From NCBI GenBank assembly GCA_028716245.1, contig JAQUQW010000001.1:296793-360792 (forward strand): 64,000 bases of DNA, in the 5' to 3' direction. A program made the position numbers and the translations under genes. Origin of the DNA: Candidatus Omnitrophota bacterium (lineage in GTDB: Bacteria; Omnitrophota; Gorgyraeia; Gygaellales; Profunditerraquicolaceae). The notes beneath the pieces were generated by a model, which saw nothing but the letters and a program-made list of their open reading frames with translations, was not told the DNA's origin and did no database searches. This document shows, piece by piece, positions 58,829 to 64,000 of the stretch. Position 1 is the stretch's first letter; each line of letters opens with the position of its first letter.

Positions 58829-59450
58829 AAAGATTCTTATTACTGCCGGGCCTAGCTGGGTGGCCATTGACAAAATCAGGGTAATCAGCAATATTGCTTC
58901 CGGTGAAACCGGATTTATCCTGGCAGAAAAATTTAAAAAACTTGGAGCCAAAGTTACTTTGTTATTGGGGCCGGGTTACTTTTGCGGGTCTCAAACCGGA
59001 ATAAAAATAATCCGTTTTAAGTATTTTTCGCAGCTGGCGCGACTTTTGAAAAACGAATTAAAAAAAGGAAAATACGCCGCAGTTATCCATGCGGCGGCAG
59101 TTGCGGATTATACGCCCAAAAAGGTAATCCGGCATAAAGTGAGTTCGCATCGGGCTAACTGGAGGATTGATCTGGTCCCAACTAAAAAACTGATTAATGA
59201 CTTGAAAAATTACGGAAAAGGATTATTTACCGTGGGTTTTAAGTTTGAACCGGATAAAGATGATGCCGGGCTTATTGAAAAAGGCAAAAAATTGCTTAAA
59301 CAGGCAAGGCTGGATCTAGTAGTTGCCAATTCCAATAAAAATGCGGTTTACCGCGCTTTTATACTTGATAGTAGAAATAAATACGGCCCTTTCCCAAGTA
59401 AAATAAAAATGGCTGCTTATTTATCCAGGCTGGTGGAGAAAAAAATATGA
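58818..59450 (+). CDS. coaB: stand-alone phosphopantothenate--cysteine ligase (CoaB-domain) homologue
   Basis: [47 protein letters not shown] and AAAVADY align with the Dfp C-terminal CoaB domain. Confidence 0.7.
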   Translation: MATKKILITAGPSWVAIDKIRVISNIASGETGFILAEKFKKLGAKVTLLLGPGYFCGSQTGIKIIRFKYFSQLARLLKNELKKGKYAAVIHAAAVADYTPKKVIRHKVSSHRANWRIDLVPTKKLINDLKNYGKGLFTVGFKFEPDKDDAGLIEKGKKLLKQARLDLVVANSNKNAVYRAFILDSRNKYGPFPSKIKMAAYLSRLVEKKI

Positions 59451-60661
59451 CAAAATTCATTGTACTGGTTGGAGACGGAATGGCGGATTATCCTATACAG
59501 GAGCTGGGAATGCGCACGCCTTTAGAGGCAGCGCGCATTCCCAATATGGACTTTATTGCCAAGAACGGATGCCTCGGTCAGGCCAAAACTATCCCGGATA
59601 AAATGACCCCGGCATCAGATGTAGCTAATCTTTCGATATTGGGATATGACCCCAAAAAATACTATACGGGAAGAGGGCCGCTGGAAGCGGCAAACCTGGG
59701 CATTGAATTAGAAGAAGATGATGTTGCTTTCCGCTGCAATTTGATTACGGCAACCGGCGATACCCTGCTTGATTACAGCGCCGGGCATATCAAATCGACG
59801 GAAGCTGAAAAATTGATTAAATTTCTCGATCAAAAAATAGGAACCAATAAAATGCGTTTTTATCCCGGAATAAGTTACCGCCATCTCCTTTTAGCCAAAG
59901 GCGCGGCCCAATTAAAACTCCATAATTTAAAATGCCTGCCCCCGCATGATATTGCCGGCCAAAGTATCAGCAAAAACCTGCCCAAAGGCGATAACGCGGA
60001 TTTAATCATTAAACTGATGCAGGATTCCCGGGAGCTTCTGGATAACCATGAAATTAATCATGTGCGCCTGGACTTAAAAGAGAACCCGGCAAATATGATC
60101 TGGCTCTGGGGGCAGGGCAGAAAGCCGGATATGCCTAAATTTATGGATAAATTCGGCCTATCCGGAAGCGTGATTTCAGCGGTAGACCTGATTAAAGGTT
60201 TAGGGCGCATCCTGGGCTTAGAGGTAATCAATGTCCCGGGAGCAACCGGTTATTATGATACCGATTATCTGGCTAAAGCAAAAGCGGCGATTAAATCCCT
60301 GAAGAAAAACGATTTTATTTTTGTGCATGTGGAGGCCCCTGATGAAGCCGGGCATAACGGTGATCTACGGGAAAAACTTACCGCGATTGAGAGGTTTGAC
60401 CAATTAGTGGTCGGCCCTCTTTTAGAATATTGTAAAACCAAGGATGATTTCCGGATAATGGTCTTACCGGACCACGCTACTCCGGTTGCCCTAAAAACGC
60501 ACACTGCCGAAATTATTCCCTTTGCGATTTACGGCAAAGATATACCCGCAAAGGATTTTCTTAATTACAGCGAAAAAGAAGCGCAGAAATCCGAATTATA
60601 TTTTGAAAATGGATATCAACTTATGGAATATTTTATTCAAGGGAGAATAAGCAATGCATAA
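59447..60661 (+). CDS. cofactor-independent phosphoglycerate mutase (archaeal ApgM-type) family protein; by context the probable non-canonical homoserine kinase ThrB2
   Basis: Alkaline-phosphatase-superfamily ApgM motifs (FIVLVGDGMADYP ... HVEAPDEAGHNGD ... VLPDHATP). Embedded between thrC and lysC, with no canonical thrB present. Confidence 0.75.
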   Translation: MTKFIVLVGDGMADYPIQELGMRTPLEAARIPNMDFIAKNGCLGQAKTIPDKMTPASDVANLSILGYDPKKYYTGRGPLEAANLGIELEEDDVAFRCNLITATGDTLLDYSAGHIKSTEAEKLIKFLDQKIGTNKMRFYPGISYRHLLLAKGAAQLKLHNLKCLPPHDIAGQSISKNLPKGDNADLIIKLMQDSRELLDNHEINHVRLDLKENPANMIWLWGQGRKPDMPKFMDKFGLSGSVISAVDLIKGLGRILGLEVINVPGATGYYDTDYLAKAKAAIKSLKKNDFIFVHVEAPDEAGHNGDLREKLTAIERFDQLVVGPLLEYCKTKDDFRIMVLPDHATPVALKTHTAEIIPFAIYGKDIPAKDFLNYSEKEAQKSELYFENGYQLMEYFIQGRISNA

Positions 60662-61874
60662 GGGTTTAGTTGTTCAGAAATACGGCGGATCATCGGTTGC
60701 CAACGTCCAACGCATTCAAAAAGTCGCCCAAAGGGTGGTCGGTTACAGCAAAAAAGGTTATCAACTGGTAATTGTTGTTTCAGCCTTGGGAGATACTACC
60801 GATGAATTAATTGCATTGGCGGATAAAATCAATCCCAATCCTTCGCAGCGGGAAATGGATATGTTGTTATCAACCGGAGAGCAGATCTCTGTGGCTCTTC
60901 TAGCCATGGCAATTCATAAATTAGGAGCCCGGGCGATTTCGTTTACCGGTTCGCAAGTCGGGATCATTACCGACACCAGCCACACCCAGGCCAGGATTAT
61001 CAAAATAAACGGGAATAAAATTAAAGAAGAGCTAAGAAAAGGCAATATCGTTATTGTCGCCGGTTTCCAGGGGGTAACTTTAAATCAAGATATTACTACT
61101 TTGGGCAGGGGAGGATCGGATTTAACTGCCGTAGCCCTGGCTAAAGAACTCAAAGCCGATTCTTGCGAAATTTACACGGATGTCGAAGGAATTTATACTA
61201 CCGATCCGCGGATTGAACCCCGGGCTAGAAAAATAAAAGAGATTACTTATGATGAGATGCTGGAAATGGCCTCACTCGGGGCCCAGGTAATGCAGGCGCG
61301 GTCCATCGAAGTAGCAAAAAAATTTGATGTGCCCTTGCATGTGCGTTCATCATTTAGCGATAAAAGCGGAACGATGATCATTAAGGAGGTAAAAAAGATG
61401 GAAGATGTGGTGGTCAACGGCGTAACTCTAAATAAAAATGAGGCAAAAATCACTCTTTGCGGGGTTCTGGATAAGCCGGGGGTTGCGGTAAAATTATTCA
61501 AGAACCTGGCAGACGCGGGGGTAAGCGTCGATATGATCGTCCAAAATGTAAGCCATACCCGCTCAACGGATATATCATTTACGATTGCCAAATCCGAAAG
61601 CGCCAAAGCCGCTAAAATCACTAAAATGGTAGCCAGGAAAATCAGAGCAGGAGAGGTCCTGCTGGATGAAGATATTGCCCAGGTTTCTATCGTCGGAGTA
61701 GGTATGAAATCGCACCGTGGTGTCGCGGCTAAAATGTTCGGGATACTGGCAGATAATAAAATTAACATTGAGATGATCTCTACTTCCGACATCAGCATAT
61801 CCTGTATTATCAAAAAAAAGAACGCCGAGATAGCGGTAAGAAAATTACATCAGGAGTTCGGGTTAAATAAATAG
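60654..61874 (+). CDS. lysC: aspartate kinase with two ACT domains
   Basis: VVQKYGGSSV, the TTLGRGGSD region, and C-terminal tandem ACT domains. Confidence 0.9.
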   Translation: MHKGLVVQKYGGSSVANVQRIQKVAQRVVGYSKKGYQLVIVVSALGDTTDELIALADKINPNPSQREMDMLLSTGEQISVALLAMAIHKLGARAISFTGSQVGIITDTSHTQARIIKINGNKIKEELRKGNIVIVAGFQGVTLNQDITTLGRGGSDLTAVALAKELKADSCEIYTDVEGIYTTDPRIEPRARKIKEITYDEMLEMASLGAQVMQARSIEVAKKFDVPLHVRSSFSDKSGTMIIKEVKKMEDVVVNGVTLNKNEAKITLCGVLDKPGVAVKLFKNLADAGVSVDMIVQNVSHTRSTDISFTIAKSESAKAAKITKMVARKIRAGEVLLDEDIAQVSIVGVGMKSHRGVAAKMFGILADNKINIEMISTSDISISCIIKKKNAEIAVRKLHQEFGLNK

Positions 61875-61880
61875 GTAAGG

Positions 61881-61930
61881 CACCCCGCGCTTAGCGGAAT
61901 TGTGCGGGTGTTGTCTCCGTAGACAAGGGG
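61881..61930 (+). promoter_or_regulatory. structured leader element copy D (minimal unit) immediately upstream of cimA/leuA-like gene
   Basis: CACCCCGCGC-TTAGCGGAATTGTG-CGGGTG, then hairpin TTGTCT-CCGT-AGACAA, then GGGG and the ATG at 61936. The 3' hairpin co-varies with copies A and B. Confidence 0.4.
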
Positions 61931-61935
61931 TAACC

Positions 61936-63498
61936 ATGCTTAAGGTAAAATTATACGATACCACGCTTCGTGACGGCTCACAGGCCGAAGGAATATCTTA
62001 TTCGGTAATGGATAAGGTCCGGATTGCCGAAGAACTGGATAAATTCGGTATTCATTTCATTGAAGGAGGCTGGCCCGGTTCAAACCCCAAAGACCGGGAA
62101 TTCTTTGAAAAGATAAGCAAGGCCAAACTTAAAAATTCCAAGATTGCCGCTTTTAGCATGACCCGCAGGCCAAATATCAAAGCTTCGCAGGATAGCAACA
62201 TCGGTGCCCTTTTAAAATCAGAAGCCCAAGTAATTACTATCGTCGGTAAAACCTGGGATTTTCATGTGGTTGAAGTTTTAAAAACTACGCTGGATGAAAA
62301 CTTGGAGATGATCAAAGATACCATCAGCTTTTTGATTAAAAAGGGTTTTGTCGTTTTTTATGACGCGGAGCATTTTTTCGACGCTTACCAGGCAAACAAA
62401 GATTACGCTTTAAAAACCTTGATTGCCGCCCAAGACGCAGGGGCTTCTGCCATCTGCCTTTGCGATACTAACGGCGGTTCCTTGCCAAACCAGATAACAA
62501 CTACAATCAGTGAAATCAAGCATAGGATTAAAGTTGATTTGGGTATCCACTGCCATAATGACGCCGGCGTTGCCATTGCCAATTCTTTAGCGGCCATCGA
62601 AGCCGGAGCAACCATCGTTCAAGGAACGATAAACGGCTACGGAGAACGCTGCGGAAATGCCGATCTGATCCCGATCATCGCGAATTTAAAGCTTAAACTA
62701 AAAAATAACTGCATTCCTGACCTGCAGCTAAAACAATTAACCCGCCTTTCGCATTTTGTCAGCGAAATCAGTAATATGCGCGTAAAAAATGAACAGCCTT
62801 TTGTCGGGGATTCAGCCTTCGCGCATAAAGGCGGGATGCATATTAACGCCATAATGAAAAATCCCTTAACTTATGAACATATCGACCCGTCCTTGGTCGG
62901 AAACCACCGCAGGATCCTGGTTTCCGAACTGGGCGGCAAAACCGGTATTTTGTTAAGGGCAAAAGATTTGAATTATGATTTAAGCAAAGGGGACCCGCAA
63001 ACCAAAAAAATCCTGGAATTAGTCCAAGACTTAGAGCATAAAGGATTCCAGTTTGAGGCTGCCGAAGCGTCCTTCCAGATATTGATGCAGAAGCATTTGA
63101 AAAAATTTAAGGGTTTCTTTGAACTTGAAGGATTTAAAGTAGTCATTGAAAAACGCCAAGATAAAAAGATCACATCGGAAGCGATTATAAAATTAAAGGT
63201 CAACGGAATCAAGGAACACACTGCTGCCGAAGGCGATGGCCCGGTAAACGCATTAGACAATGCCCTGCGCAAAGCGCTTAAAGACTTTTATCCGGCTTTG
63301 GCCAAAATGCACTTATCCGATTTTAAGGTGCGCGTTTTGGATGAAAAGGCCGGCACCGCGGCAAAAGTGCGGGTTTTAATCCAATCGCAGGATGAAAAAG
63401 ACACCTGGAACACCATCGGTGTCCATGAAAACATAATTGAAGCCAGCTGGCAGGCCTTAGTCGACAGCGTTGAATATAAACTTTTAAAAGATCAATAA
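61936..63498 (+). CDS. cimA: LeuA-family alpha-ketoacid C-acetyltransferase, most likely (R)-citramalate synthase
   Basis: [23 protein letters not shown]-like barrel and [12 protein letters not shown], with a C-terminal LeuA-dimer regulatory domain. Its length (about 520 aa) and its place in the Thr/Ile neighbourhood favour CimA over LeuA. ATG at 61936. Confidence 0.75.
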   Translation: MLKVKLYDTTLRDGSQAEGISYSVMDKVRIAEELDKFGIHFIEGGWPGSNPKDREFFEKISKAKLKNSKIAAFSMTRRPNIKASQDSNIGALLKSEAQVITIVGKTWDFHVVEVLKTTLDENLEMIKDTISFLIKKGFVVFYDAEHFFDAYQANKDYALKTLIAAQDAGASAICLCDTNGGSLPNQITTTISEIKHRIKVDLGIHCHNDAGVAIANSLAAIEAGATIVQGTINGYGERCGNADLIPIIANLKLKLKNNCIPDLQLKQLTRLSHFVSEISNMRVKNEQPFVGDSAFAHKGGMHINAIMKNPLTYEHIDPSLVGNHRRILVSELGGKTGILLRAKDLNYDLSKGDPQTKKILELVQDLEHKGFQFEAAEASFQILMQKHLKKFKGFFELEGFKVVIEKRQDKKITSEAIIKLKVNGIKEHTAAEGDGPVNALDNALRKALKDFYPALAKMHLSDFKVRVLDEKAGTAAKVRVLIQSQDEKDTWNTIGVHENIIEASWQALVDSVEYKLLKDQ

Positions 63499-64000
63499 TG
63501 GCCGAAGCGCTCTCCAAGCAATATAATCCTAAAGAAACCGAGGATAAGTGGTATAAAATCTGGGAGGAGAATAATCTTTTCAGCGCCAAAGTTTCCCCGG
63601 ATAAATCACCCTACTGCGTAGTTATCCCGCCGCCCAATGTCACCGGTATCCTGCATATGGGCCACGCCCTGAATAACAGCATCCAGGACATTTTAATCCG
63701 TTATAAAAGAATGAAAGGATTTGAGGCTTTATGGATGCCGGGTACCGACCATGCCGGAATCGCCACGCAAAACGTAGTGGAAAAAGCCCTGGCAAAAGAA
63801 GGATTGAAGCGTCAGGATCTAGGCAGGGAAAAATTCATTGAACGGGTCTGGCAATGGAAAGAACAATACGGCTCAACCATAATTCATCAATTAAAAAAAC
63901 TGGGCTGCTCATGCGACTGGAAACGGCTGCGTTTCACTATGGATCAGGATTATTCGGCGGCAGTCACCGAAGTTTTTGTCAGACTCTATAATAAAAAATT
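63498..64000 (+). CDS. valS: valyl-tRNA synthetase, N-terminal fragment (continues beyond window)
   Basis: [48 protein letters not shown] (HIGH motif, class I). No stop before the window end. Confidence 0.85.
   Translation, partial: MAEALSKQYNPKETEDKWYKIWEENNLFSAKVSPDKSPYCVVIPPPNVTGILHMGHALNNSIQDILIRYKRMKGFEALWMPGTDHAGIATQNVVEKALAKEGLKRQDLGREKFIERVWQWKEQYGSTIIHQLKKLGCSCDWKRLRFTMDQDYSAAVTEVFVRLYNKK

Noticed and set aside
61247-61813. 188-aa ORF on the minus strand
   Set aside because: Antisense to lysC (ACT domains). Low-complexity Ser/Ile-rich translation. Spurious.
1-64000. CRISPR arrays, transposases, integrases, prophage or toxin-antitoxin modules
   Set aside because: No direct-repeat/spacer periodicity, and no ORF with transposase/integrase/Cas or TA motifs was found on either strand. 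The only repeats are the short palindromes and the leader motif described above.

Overview
Bacterial chromosomal window, about 42-45% GC, almost entirely plus-strand and densely packed with housekeeping genes. No transposases, integrases, IS elements or CRISPR arrays were seen.

Genes in order along the window:
- 1-1.6 kb: two sugar-nucleotide epimerase/dehydratase genes, the first truncated by the window edge.
- 1.7-3.1 kb: cvpA-like and nif3-like genes.
- 3.1-8.3 kb: dnaG-rpoD operon and a GGDEF/HD-GYP c-di-GMP turnover protein.
- 8.4-8.6 kb: tRNA-Met and tRNA-Val.
- 8.6-10.0 kb: COG1579 zinc-ribbon protein, rnhA, and an RNase P RNA whose 5' end overlaps the rnhA 3' end.
- 10.0-12.5 kb: yebC-ruvC-ruvA-scpB.
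- 12.5-16.5 kb: aromatic amino-acid block pheA, hisC-like, DAHP synthase, tyrA.
- 16.5-20.7 kb: cmk, lepA, lepB, pgsA, plsY.
- 21.2-27.2 kb: a convergent pair of giant genes, a 909-aa outer-membrane beta-barrel candidate and a 1066-aa GH94-like glycoside phosphorylase on the minus strand.
- 27.4-33.6 kb: gatCAB, ctpA, yibQ-like, tsaD.
- 33.7-35.0 kb: an MgtC-family gene overlapping a bactofilin fused to an excisionase-type HTH, then a membrane-anchored HTH paralog.
- 35.0-41.4 kb: larB-like gene plus a partial Wood-Ljungdahl module (corrinoid Fe-S protein large and small subunits, RACo activator, CooC ATPase, methyltransferase AcsE) with no CODH/ACS catalytic subunits in the window.
- 41.4-44.7 kb: tRNA(CAU), lytic transglycosylase, a Wzx-like flippase on the minus strand, tilS.
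- 44.8-50.7 kb: ftsH, folP with an N-terminal extension, cdaA, pdxJ, acpS, nnr.
- 50.7-51.0 kb: tRNA cluster Thr-Tyr-Gly.
- 51.0-56.4 kb: PAS histidine kinase and CheY-like regulator, an archaeal-type thyA-like gene, gpsA, tRNA-Pro, a secreted hypothetical protein and a PilZ protein.
- 56.5-61.9 kb: threonine-pathway block hom-thrC-coaB-like-apgM-like (probable ThrB2 homoserine kinase)-lysC.
- 61.9-64.0 kb: cimA/leuA-like gene and the start of valS.

Most notable non-coding signals:
1. A structured motif of about 55-100 nt, recurring four times immediately upstream of unrelated genes (gatC, mgtC operon, tRNA-Gly, cimA). It is built on a 5' CACCCCGCGC strand pairing with a 3' GCGCGGGTG strand, followed by a hairpin that shows compensatory base changes between copies and abuts the Shine-Dalgarno sequence. 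It does not match any riboswitch or leader I recognise.
2. A family of AAATAGGGAC/GTCCCTATTT-cored palindromes found in convergent, tandem and divergent intergenic spacers.
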